Shown: piece after piece, positions 7,685-15,787 of the stretch
How the letters are laid out: every line of letters begins with the position of its first letter
Numbering within the stretch: position 1 is the first letter of the stretch
Notes under the pieces: generated by a model
What the model was told of the DNA's origin: nothing
The model's input: the letters and a program-made list of their open reading frames with translations, nothing else
The model's database searches: none
NCBI GenBank assembly: GCA_016283195.1
Contig: JAEEML010000021.1
Coordinates: 1 to 35,777, forward strand
Direction of reading: 5' to 3'
Source of the DNA: Deltaproteobacteria bacterium
Lineage (GTDB): Bacteria > JAEEML01
Length of the DNA: 35,777 bases
Program-made: the position numbers and the translations under genes

Positions 7685-10303
7685 ATGAGGAAGTTCAATC
7701 GTCTATCCTTTGTACTCGCTGTGGCGCTCTGCCTAAGTGGGTGCGGAACTAAACCAAGAGACAGTCATAAAGAAGAGCCAGCCAAAAATACGGATGCCCA
7801 AACCGACAAAACTCAAGATGCTAAAAGCGATGCCGGTAGCGATGATGCTAATACCGATTGCGCTGCCGGCTTCTTTGGCCCGGATTGTAAGCCCTGCACC
7901 TGCCAAATTGGCCAGTGCGATGATGGCAAAGAGGGTAATGGCAAGTGCCTCACCTGTGATGAAGGCTATTTTGGCGAAAATTGCCAAAATGAATGCGCTT
8001 GTGACGATGATGATGAAAACCAAATATGTGATGACGGTCCGGAGGGCTTTGGCTGTATATGTGCCAATAATAAAATAGGTGATAATTGCGATATAGAAAT
8101 TACCTGTAAGCATGGTGAATTAGATGTTTCTAACGGTCAGTGCAGCAGTTGTAACAGCGGCTGGGCTGGTGCTGATTGCGATGAATGTGCTTCCGGCTTT
8201 TTTGGCGGCAAGTGCGATCAAAAAATTACCTGTCAGCACGGCGAGGCCAGCTCCGGCCTAACCGGTAGCGGTAAGTGCATAAAATGTAACGGCAATTTTT
8301 GGGGCGAAAATTGTGATAAGGAGCCCTCTTGCCAACATGGTAAGCCCAGCATTGGCCCGGGCGGCAATGGCAAATGTCTCTCCTGTTACAACGGCTGGGC
8401 CGGTGATGGTTGTAGCGAATGTGCCCCGGGTTTTGATAGCAACGTTAATTGTGTGGATTGTCTTTCCGGCCACTTTGGCGCCGAATGTCTGGGTATTTGC
8501 CCCGGCGGTAGCGAAAACGAGTGTTCAAATAACGGGGAGTGCGATGATGGCATCGATGGCGAAGGTTTTTGTACATGCAATAATGACCTAGTAAGTAGCG
8601 ATTGCTCCGGTTGCCCGGCGGGTAAAACCAATTATCCCGCTTGTGATGAATGTATTCCCGGCTTTTTTGGCGGCAGTTGCGACCAAAAAATTACCTGCCA
8701 GCATGGCGAAGCCAGCCAAGGCGTAAACGGCAACGGCAAATGCCTCTCCTGCCATGACGGCTACTTTGGCGAAAATTGCCAAAATTATAAAACCTGTGTC
8801 AACGGCACCCCAAGTCTCGGTATTAACGGCGATGGCACATGTACAAAATGTAATGGTAATTACTGGGGCGAAAACTGCGACCAAACGCCATCTTGCGTAA
8901 ACGGCACCCCAAGTCTCGGCACTGACGGCAACGGCAATTGTACAGAGTGTCTTCCTGGCTTTTATGGTAGCGATTGTAACCAGGCGGTCATCTGTCAGCA
9001 TGGCGAGGCCAGCCAAGGCTTAAGCGGCAACGGTAAATGCCTCTCCTGCCATGACGGCTACTTTGGCGAAAATTGCCAAAAATATAAAACTTGCCTTAAC
9101 GGCACCCCGAGCGTGGGTCTTACCGGCAACGGTAAGTGCACGAAATGTAATGATAATTACTGGGGCGAGAACTGCGATCAAACGCCCAGTTGTGTAAACG
9201 GCAGACCCAGTCTTGGTATTAGCGGCAACGGTAAGTGCACAGAATGTATCGGTAATTACTGGGGTATCAATTGCAACAAAAAGTCCACCTGTGTGAACGG
9301 CACCCCCAGTGTGGGTATTAACGGCGATGGCAAATGTACAGAATGCCTGAGCAATTTTGTAGGTGAAAACTGCGATGAGTGTAAAAACCCCGACATGACC
9401 GGTACTAATTGCGACCGGGAAATTTTGTGTCAGCACGGCACTCTGGATACCCAAACAGGGCATTGTCTGAGCGGTTCTTGTACTTCTGACTTTACCGGGA
9501 TTGATTGCGATAAAAATACTCTCTGCCAGAACGGGACACTAGACACCCAAACAGGGCACTGCCTTAGCGATTCATGCGCTTCTGGCTTTACCGGGATTGA
9601 TTGCGATAAAAATATTCTTTGCCAACACGGCACATTGGACACCCAAACAGGGCACTGCCTGAGCGATTCTTGTATCCCCCATTCCGGCGGCCCAGATTGC
9701 GAGTGTGCTGAAAAATGGAGCGGAGATAACTGCGATGTCTGTAGCGGAGGCTTTGGGACTAATTGTGCTACCTATGGTTCCGTAACCGATGCTGATGGCC
9801 ACACCTATAAAACGCTCGTTATAAACGGCCTGGAATGGATGGCCGAGAATTATAAACGCCGGACCGGTTCTTGGTATTATCCCAATAATAAACCAATTAA
9901 CGCAGATACTTATGGCTTGCTTTATGCTTGGAATACAGCTAGTAGGAGCGGATTTTGCCCAAGCGGCTGGAGATTACCAACCAAGTCAGAATTTAATGCT
10001 CTCTTAAATGCTGCCGGTGGTAGCGAATCCGCCTCGCTCAACCTGCGGGCGACAAGTTTTGCCGGCGGCGCCGATAAATATGGCTTTTCTGCGCTTCCGG
10101 CCGGCGCCTACAACCCCGTGGCAATTTATAATCCCTACACTGATTTCGGGACAGCTGCCTACTTCTGGACAAGTTCGGTTTATGATGATTTTGATGCCTA
10201 TTACCTCTATTTGGGTAACGGTGTTGGTTCCGCCAATGCGTCCATACCCCACTATGACAAACCCACCGGCTTTTCGGTGCGTTGCGTCAAAAGCCAGTCC
10301 TAA
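7685..10303 (+). CDS. Lipoprotein with EGF/laminin-like Cys-rich repeats and a C-terminal FISUMP (Fib_succ_major, TIGR02145-type) domain
   Basis: Lipobox LSG-C; many CxNG...GNGKCxxC...WGENC units; DADGHTYKTLVINGLEWMAEN, YGLLYAW, CPSGWRLPT, GFSALPAG, FWTSS, GFSVRCVK. Confidence 0.9.
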   Translation: MRKFNRLSFVLAVALCLSGCGTKPRDSHKEEPAKNTDAQTDKTQDAKSDAGSDDANTDCAAGFFGPDCKPCTCQIGQCDDGKEGNGKCLTCDEGYFGENCQNECACDDDDENQICDDGPEGFGCICANNKIGDNCDIEITCKHGELDVSNGQCSSCNSGWAGADCDECASGFFGGKCDQKITCQHGEASSGLTGSGKCIKCNGNFWGENCDKEPSCQHGKPSIGPGGNGKCLSCYNGWAGDGCSECAPGFDSNVNCVDCLSGHFGAECLGICPGGSENECSNNGECDDGIDGEGFCTCNNDLVSSDCSGCPAGKTNYPACDECIPGFFGGSCDQKITCQHGEASQGVNGNGKCLSCHDGYFGENCQNYKTCVNGTPSLGINGDGTCTKCNGNYWGENCDQTPSCVNGTPSLGTDGNGNCTECLPGFYGSDCNQAVICQHGEASQGLSGNGKCLSCHDGYFGENCQKYKTCLNGTPSVGLTGNGKCTKCNDNYWGENCDQTPSCVNGRPSLGISGNGKCTECIGNYWGINCNKKSTCVNGTPSVGINGDGKCTECLSNFVGENCDECKNPDMTGTNCDREILCQHGTLDTQTGHCLSGSCTSDFTGIDCDKNTLCQNGTLDTQTGHCLSDSCASGFTGIDCDKNILCQHGTLDTQTGHCLSDSCIPHSGGPDCECAEKWSGDNCDVCSGGFGTNCATYGSVTDADGHTYKTLVINGLEWMAENYKRRTGSWYYPNNKPINADTYGLLYAWNTASRSGFCPSGWRLPTKSEFNALLNAAGGSESASLNLRATSFAGGADKYGFSALPAGAYNPVAIYNPYTDFGTAAYFWTSSVYDDFDAYYLYLGNGVGSANASIPHYDKPTGFSVRCVKSQS
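8696..9700 (+). repeat. Intragenic coding tandem repeats: 99-nt units with a 297-nt higher-order duplication, then three 96-nt units
   Basis: CQHGEASQG starts at 8696 and 8993; CQ(H/N)GTLDTQTGHCLS starts at 9428, 9524 and 9620. Confidence 0.9.
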
Positions 10304-10316
10304 CCGACCATCCTCT

Positions 10317-10348
10317 GGCAGGAAAAAGAAAGATTAATAAGGCAATAA
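10317..10348 (+). repeat. Right copy of the direct repeat flanking the FISUMP gene
   Basis: ggcaggaaaaagaaagattaataaggcaataa; 2 substitutions and 1 gap relative to 7540-7572. Confidence 0.85.
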
Positions 10349-10523
10349 TTCTCAAATCCCCAAAAATTTCTTAACTGCGCTATAAATTATTTTTCTGCTC
10401 TGCGAAGCTCCAGAAAATGTATATTCATCTTATCTCTCAGCGGCTTACTTGTTGCCAGGTCAACCATCTGGGTTTTGTGGTGGGGTTGGTCATCGGCGGG
10501 GAAGTGTGGGCTAAATGGCATGA

Positions 10524-11321
10524 CTAGCTCCTTTGCATAGGATTATCCTTCTTGCTGTTTTGTTCAACTGTTGCGTTTTGTGCTGCCTTTTGAAACAAGT
10601 TAATAAATCTTTTTAGCTTGGTGGTTATTTTATTATTGTCGGCATTAGCTAGTGCTTCTTGTAACAATGGTACAATTTGCTCTGCATAGGCAACATATTG
10701 TTTTTCTTCGACCATTTGAAGCATTTCTGTCTTAGCATATTTGGGCAACTGCTTTTTGATAGCAGAATTTAATGGCCTAGCAAAGCTTTTATCCTCAATA
10801 CGTAGTAGAGAAATAATGGCATCAAGCAATAATTTACTGTTTTTGTTAGCCTTAAATATCTGACTTACATAGTTTGCGGTATATTCTTCGAATTTCTGGG
10901 GAAATGTTTTGTAACACTGCAAAATAAAAATATGTACAGGAGAATTATTGGCTTTTGCCGCATTTAAAACAAGTTTTTGGAAAAAGTCGCTATTTAATTG
11001 ACTGGGTGTAAAATAAAAAGCTGCTTCTGCCGTTGTTTTTGTGAGAATAGCGGCATATTTTTCGCTTTTGCTGCTATGCACTTTTAGTGCCTGGCTTAAA
11101 TTGTATAAAGTGCCAGGTGTTGAGTAACTATGGACAATTAAAGCAAAATCATTTATTTTGTCATATAATTCCGCCAACTTATTCTGGTTTAGCTCTGCGC
11201 ACTCCCCCGGTAATGGCAGTGTTTTGTCAATTTGGTGGAAAAGGGTAATTTGTGTGCTGACATCAAGATTGGTATCAGTAATGGCGTTAATAATAGTGCT
11301 TAATTCGCTCGGTGTTGCCAC
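10524..11321 (-). CDS. AT-rich helical hypothetical protein, possibly a 5'-truncated fragment
   Basis: 265-aa ORF; GTG start without a clear RBS; the frame stays open 10 codons further upstream (HQLFFESWLS). Confidence 0.6.
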   Translation of the reverse strand: MATPSELSTIINAITDTNLDVSTQITLFHQIDKTLPLPGECAELNQNKLAELYDKINDFALIVHSYSTPGTLYNLSQALKVHSSKSEKYAAILTKTTAEAAFYFTPSQLNSDFFQKLVLNAAKANNSPVHIFILQCYKTFPQKFEEYTANYVSQIFKANKNSKLLLDAIISLLRIEDKSFARPLNSAIKKQLPKYAKTEMLQMVEEKQYVAYAEQIVPLLQEALANADNNKITTKLKRFINLFQKAAQNATVEQNSKKDNPMQRS

Positions 11322-11860
11322 TGATAACCAGCTTTCAAAGAATAGCTGATGCTATGGATAAAGAGGTAAAGGCGCTCGATGGATTTTATCAGCAGCATAA
11401 TTATCAGGTAAAATAGTGAAATATGTACAAGGTAGTAATATATTATTAAAAATATTGCTACAAGCCATAAACTGGTGCCGACATAGCCGATAACCATGGG
11501 TAGTATAAGCCAATTGCTTTTATCCATGCCGCTCCTAAGGCGGCTGTGCATTTCGGCAAATGAAATGCAGAATACTTCGAATAAATATGCGTATAAAGGG
11601 CCTAAAATAATTACTTTGAACGCTTCGCCGTCTTTTACCGAGCGGTATTCAGATAACTTGGTGGCTTTATCGAAGGCGTCAGCGATGCAAACAATAGCAA
11701 ATATTAGACAAGTCACAAGGGTGATACCTCCTAGGGTGCCAAATATAATGGCAGCGTGGGCGGCTATAAAGCAAAAGAGCTCGTAGATACACCAGCCGAT
11801 GAGGATCACGATGGCTACTATAGCGACAAATCCAATAAGGGCGAATAATGATTCTTCCAT
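11300..11860 (-). CDS. Multi-pass membrane protein, possibly 3'-truncated
   Basis: Start reassigned to ATG 11860 (MEESLFALIG) after GAGGT; about 4-5 hydrophobic segments; AT-rich. Confidence 0.65.
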   Translation of the reverse strand: MEESLFALIGFVAIVAIVILIGWCIYELFCFIAAHAAIIFGTLGGITLVTCLIFAIVCIADAFDKATKLSEYRSVKDGEAFKVIILGPLYAYLFEVFCISFAEMHSRLRSGMDKSNWLILPMVIGYVGTSLWLVAIFLIIYYYLVHISLFYLIIMLLIKSIERLYLFIHSISYSLKAGYQWQHRAN

Positions 11861-12123
11861 AGAAGACCTCGTGGAGCAAGAAATGCCAATGCTAATCCCT
11901 AACGCAGAGGTCAGAAAGAGCATATTTAGAGATTATGATAAACATAATCATACCGCATACCGGCATAGAATACGCTGAACTGAACATTACCAGCCCCTTA
12001 TGGCTAAAAACCGTAAAAAAATCTAGCGGATCGGAGTAGGGCTGTCAAGCGGAAAATTGCGCTGGGAGGAAGGTGCTTCTCGGCGCCGGCTAAGGCCGGT
12101 AAGGGGCAGTTCGTGAGAAGTTT

Positions 12124-13395
12124 CTATGGTGTTTTTACCATAGATTTCTTTTTCTCCTTCTTCTCCCAGGGAGCGCTATCTCCGGCTTTAAAATTGTAAA
12201 TCGGTTTGATAATCTTGATAACCTCGGCGGTCGGCTCGATATTTTGCAAAATGCTCTCCAGCGGTTTATAGGCCATGGGCGCTTCGTCGATGGTTTCCAG
12301 GCCGATGGTCGAAGAATAAATTCCCGCCATTTCCTTTTGAAAATCATCTAGTTTTAATTCTCTTGCCGCCTGTGCCCGGCTCATGATACGCCCGGCGCCG
12401 TGGGGCGCTGAATAGTTCCAATCGGGGTTGCCCTTGCCCAGGCAGATGAGGCTGCCGTCGCGCATGTTGATGGGAATTAAGAGTTTTTCGCCTTTTTGGG
12501 CGCTTACTGCCCCTTTGCGCAAGATCATGGCTTTGGTATCAATATAATTATGAATGGTGGTAAATTGCTCCAAAATATCTTTTGGGGCAATATTCATGCC
12601 GGTGCAAATGGCTTCGATCATGGCCCGGCGGCTAAGGACGGCAAAATGCTGCATGATGCGCATGTCGCTAATATAATTATCAAATAGCTGCCCGCTCACA
12701 TAGGCCAGCTCGCGGGGAATTTTGGTAAGCACCTGGTTTTTCAGCCTTTTGAGCTCGCTTTCTATCTCTTTATCGCGCCCGGCGGCTTTGAGAGTGGCGA
12801 TTAAAGAAGCTCTATCGCTTTTTAAATTGCCGTTTAGCTGTTTCCAAGCCTCTTCCTGGTAAAAGCCGGCTATTTCCAGCCCGGCATGGCGGCTGCCGGA
12901 GTGCACCACAAAATAGAGATTGCCCTCATCGTCGCGGTCGGCTTCGATAAAGTGGTTGCCGCCGCCCAGAGTGCCCAGGCTGAGTTGGGCCCGCGCCTTG
13001 TTATAGTGGCCGCGGATATTATCCCACTCCACCGCGCTGGCTAGCGGGTGCGGGGTTTCTCTAATGGCAAACCCGGCGGGAATATTGGCTTTTATAACTT
13101 CATCCAGCTTCTTAGGGTCAAAATTCTGGCTTGCCGGAGCGGCGGCGTGAATGGCTATGGTCTCCATACCACACCCTATATCCACGCCCACCAAATTGGG
13201 GCAAATTTTGCCCTCTATGGTCATGGTGGTGCCGATAGTGCAGCCGGCTCCGGCATGAATATCAGGCATGAGGCGTATCTTGCTGCTTTCTACAAATGGT
13301 TGATCGCAAAGAGTTTTTACCTGTTTTAACGAAGTGTCGTCAACGAGGTCGGTATAAATTTTGGCACAGGCATAGCGGCCGCTGATTTCTTTCAT
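12124..13395 (-). CDS. rtcB: RtcB-family RNA ligase
   Basis: MPDIHAG, VGVDIGCGM, GTLGGGNHFIE, VHSGSR, HNY, RKGA, SAPHGAGR, DEAPMAYK. Start taken at ATG 13395 (MKEISG) after GGGGA. Confidence 0.95.
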   Translation of the reverse strand: MKEISGRYACAKIYTDLVDDTSLKQVKTLCDQPFVESSKIRLMPDIHAGAGCTIGTTMTIEGKICPNLVGVDIGCGMETIAIHAAAPASQNFDPKKLDEVIKANIPAGFAIRETPHPLASAVEWDNIRGHYNKARAQLSLGTLGGGNHFIEADRDDEGNLYFVVHSGSRHAGLEIAGFYQEEAWKQLNGNLKSDRASLIATLKAAGRDKEIESELKRLKNQVLTKIPRELAYVSGQLFDNYISDMRIMQHFAVLSRRAMIEAICTGMNIAPKDILEQFTTIHNYIDTKAMILRKGAVSAQKGEKLLIPINMRDGSLICLGKGNPDWNYSAPHGAGRIMSRAQAARELKLDDFQKEMAGIYSSTIGLETIDEAPMAYKPLESILQNIEPTAEVIKIIKPIYNFKAGDSAPWEKKEKKKSMVKTP

Positions 13396-13428
13396 TGCAG
13401 ATTCCCCGGTCTTTGTAGATAAAGGCAT

Positions 13429-13455
13429 AAAAAAAGCCCGCTAAATTAGCGGGCT
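13429..13455 (-). terminator. Intrinsic terminator just upstream of rtcB
   Basis: The minus strand reads AGCCCGCTAA-T-TTAGCGGGC followed by 7 T. Confidence 0.85.
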
Positions 13456-13489
13456 AAATTTTATATAAAATCTTGCGAAAAGCAAGACA

Positions 13490-13585
13490 GAAAAAACAGG
13501 GGGTAGGACTTGGAGTCCAAGGTTGCGGCATTTGCGCCGGGGAGATGTGAACAATACCCCACTCACAACCTTGGACTCCTAAGAC
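13490..13585 (-). ncRNA. Putative structured RNA domain (three-way junction closed by a 14-bp stem)
   Basis: Perfect inverted repeat ggagtccaaggttg (13512-13525) / caaccttggactcc (13566-13579) enclosing two smaller hairpins (GGGG...CCCC and GGC-GCAAAU-GCC), then CCCCCUGUUUUUU. Strand inferred from the promoter and the U-tracts. Confidence 0.6.
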
Positions 13586-13735
13586 AATAACCAATATAAA
13601 TATTGGTTATAAAATGATATGTCTATTGAAGGTAGGTCAGGTAAAATTTTTTTAAAAGATCCAACACAAAACTCTATTGAGAACCGTGCCAGCTCATTTC
13701 CAAGTCAGGCGCTCATGCGCAACGCCCTTATAATA

Positions 13736-13752
13736 TGCAAGTTCCGTGCCAA
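13736..13752 (-). promoter_or_regulatory. Sigma54 (RpoN) -24/-12 promoter, predicted +1 near 13725
   Basis: The minus strand reads TTGGCACGGAACTTGCA, matching YTGGCACG-N4-TTGCW. Confidence 0.85.
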
Positions 13753-13780
13753 CTTTTTGATACAAAGTATTGTTGAATTA

Positions 13781-13793
13781 AATCAATCAGTTA
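13781..13793. promoter_or_regulatory. IHF-binding site
   Basis: AATCAA-TCAG-TTA matches WATCAA-N4-TTR, at about -56 to -68 from the predicted sigma54 start. Confidence 0.7.
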
Positions 13794-13839
13794 CAGAAAT
13801 GCACCATTTTGTAAAAACTCTATGCATTACCAGTAATAG

Positions 13840-13883
13840 GGTAAAATTACCACACGAAGCCACTACTTGTGGTAAAATAGCCA
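13840..13883. promoter_or_regulatory. Candidate upstream activator sequences for an enhancer-binding protein
   Basis: ggtaaaattacca (13840) and ggtaaaatagcca (13871), plus inverted repeat ttaccaca-N13-tgtggtaa (13847-13875), about 115-160 bp upstream of +1. Confidence 0.5.
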
Positions 13884-13887
13884 TAAA

Positions 13888-14904
13888 TTAACCCTTGTTG
13901 CCTCTTATAGCGGTCTGATAAGTTGCCGCTTGCCGGCAACGGGGCTGATAGGGGACATCGATCCCGCCGCCCATTTTCAGATTGAGTCCGAGACAAGGAG
14001 CACAAAACTGGCGCTTTTCACAGGAGTGGCAAGGAGTTGGCTTCTTCAATAATTCGCGGGCCTCTTGCATAACCGGGCCATTCCAGAGTTCTATAAAAGG
14101 CGCTTTGATTAATGATCCTGCAGCCTTAGGCCAGTTTATACAGGGCCAGAGCAGCGCCTCGGCATCAATAAAGGCGCTCATGGTGGCTGCACCGCAGAGT
14201 TCCGGGCCAATTTGCCTTTTGGCCATCCAGCCTATGAAAGAGGATTTTTGCCAATTTTCCCTATATTTCTCAATAGTTTTTAATGTTGGAACCTCAACTG
14301 GAGGTGCTTCCTTTAGGCGGTTTATAGGGTCCATAAAATAAATACCGGCACAGCTCGCGCCAACATCGCGGCATAATTGTTCGATCTCAGCTAATTCACT
14401 AATGTTTTCATCAAGGAGCATTACTTGCACTTTGCTCTTTATGCCATATTTGCGGAGCAATTTAAGAGCCATAGTGGTGGCGGCAAAGGCGCCTTTGTGG
14501 CCCACAAAGCGGTCATGTTTTTCCGCTGTGGCAAAGTAAAGGGAAGTGCGCACCAGGCGCACGCCGAGTTCTGCTAGAGCCGCAATTTGTTCTTCACTGG
14601 CCAAAGTCAGGTTGGAAATAAAGGTTACATCGAAATAGGCCTTTCGAGCATCACTAATGATATCAATGAGATCTGGATGAGTAAAGATTTCACCGCCGGT
14701 AAAAGTGAGCTCTAAAGTGCCGGCTTCTGCCAGCTGTGGCAAAATGTTTTGCCAGGTTTCGCGCGGCAGGCGCACGTTATCAAATTCTCCGTGATAGCAA
14801 TGGCGGCAGCGCAAATTGCAGCTTCTGATGAGCTCAATAGTAATTTTAAACGGGCGAGAGTTTTTTTGAGCTTTTTGCACCATTTCCTTAAAAATAGTGT
14901 TCAT
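13888..14904 (-). CDS. Radical SAM protein with SPASM domain (PqqE/ScmE-like maturase class)
   Basis: CNLRCRHC, FTGGEIF, CGAATMSAFIDAEALLWPC, CHSCEKRQFCAPC...C. Start reassigned to ATG 14904, giving an ATGA overlap with the upstream stop. Confidence 0.9.
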   Translation of the reverse strand: MNTIFKEMVQKAQKNSRPFKITIELIRSCNLRCRHCYHGEFDNVRLPRETWQNILPQLAEAGTLELTFTGGEIFTHPDLIDIISDARKAYFDVTFISNLTLASEEQIAALAELGVRLVRTSLYFATAEKHDRFVGHKGAFAATTMALKLLRKYGIKSKVQVMLLDENISELAEIEQLCRDVGASCAGIYFMDPINRLKEAPPVEVPTLKTIEKYRENWQKSSFIGWMAKRQIGPELCGAATMSAFIDAEALLWPCINWPKAAGSLIKAPFIELWNGPVMQEARELLKKPTPCHSCEKRQFCAPCLGLNLKMGGGIDVPYQPRCRQAATYQTAIRGNKG

Positions 14905-15779
14905 AAAGTGCCCCGCAGAATTATCTCTTTGAGTGGCGCTTTTTGCTCCAAACCATTGCCAGTTAAGTAATAAGTGAGCTTTTTTATTGGATAATTTTCG
15001 GCTATGCGCCGCGATAGCGAGAGCATATCTTCGGCCTCTTGCCAAGCAATGCCCACACTATTTTCCAAAATAGCCTTCATCCTGGCGGCAACAGAAGGAA
15101 TGTCTGCCAGCGAATAAGGGCGGTGGCCATCTAAAAGATATATCTTTTCCAGCTGATAGCCATCAGGATAGCGCTCGATATAAGTTAGGTTATCGAGAAA
15201 AGTCGGCCAAATCATGAAGTTGCCCTCCGCAGTTTCCCCCAGCAAAGTTAAGTCGCCGGTTAAAGTATCGGGAGCAAAAAGTTCAGCTATGGTAGATTTA
15301 CCACGGCCAGACATCCCCATGAAAAGATAGCCTTTTTTATCAAAGCATAGGGCGGCTGAATGAATAAGCAGGCGCTTATAATGCGGAAGCCAGAGCATCA
15401 TCATCAGGCGTATTATATTGCAAATCGACATATAATAACCGGCACAGCGACCTTCGGCAAACTGCGGGTCGGCAATAGTAAAAAAGGCCAAGGGCTCTTT
15501 TAAGCTGTAATAGCCGTCGTAACTGCCGGAATGAAAGGCATAAATGCGATCTTCTAGGCGGTTAAAGCGCGGGATGCCGTGGTCGGTCATATATGGTTCG
15601 GCCACATGGCCCGGGGTAACAAAAATGCGGCAATGGGGCAGGGCGCCCTCTTTATGGCAGGCAAAATTATTATAACGCCTGCTGAAATCCTCTATTACCG
15701 CCTGGCTTTCGGAGCTGATTTGCCAAACTGTTTCGCCAAGAGTGCAAAAAAAGCTATATTCATTAGCCATTGTTGCCAA
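14901..15779 (-). CDS. HPr-kinase-related P-loop protein (ScmC-like class)
   Basis: LLIHSAAL...GYLFMGMSGRGKST and LTGDLTLL; translationally coupled to the radical SAM gene. Confidence 0.75.
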   Translation of the reverse strand: MATMANEYSFFCTLGETVWQISSESQAVIEDFSRRYNNFACHKEGALPHCRIFVTPGHVAEPYMTDHGIPRFNRLEDRIYAFHSGSYDGYYSLKEPLAFFTIADPQFAEGRCAGYYMSICNIIRLMMMLWLPHYKRLLIHSAALCFDKKGYLFMGMSGRGKSTIAELFAPDTLTGDLTLLGETAEGNFMIWPTFLDNLTYIERYPDGYQLEKIYLLDGHRPYSLADIPSVAARMKAILENSVGIAWQEAEDMLSLSRRIAENYPIKKLTYYLTGNGLEQKAPLKEIILRGTL

Positions 15780-15787
15780 TATCTTTC

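Noticed and set aside
7540-10348. Integron cassette interpretation of the FISUMP segment
   Set aside because: The flanking repeats are not palindromic attC-like sites and no integron integrase is present.
13396-13428. Longer ORF-track starts for rtcB, the radical SAM gene (15045) and ybeY (20062)
   Set aside because: The extensions lack an RBS or overlap neighbouring features; downstream ATGs fit better.
13490-13585. tRNA, SRP RNA, canonical Y RNA or known riboswitch
   Set aside because: No cloverleaf or T-loop, no SRP tetraloop motif, no bulged Ro-binding helix and no recognised aptamer consensus by eye. An Rfam scan is still needed.
13619-13891. 90-aa plus-strand ORF as the radical SAM precursor peptide
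   Set aside because: It is on the opposite strand, has no RBS or leader-like features, and covers the sigma54, IHF and UAS motifs.
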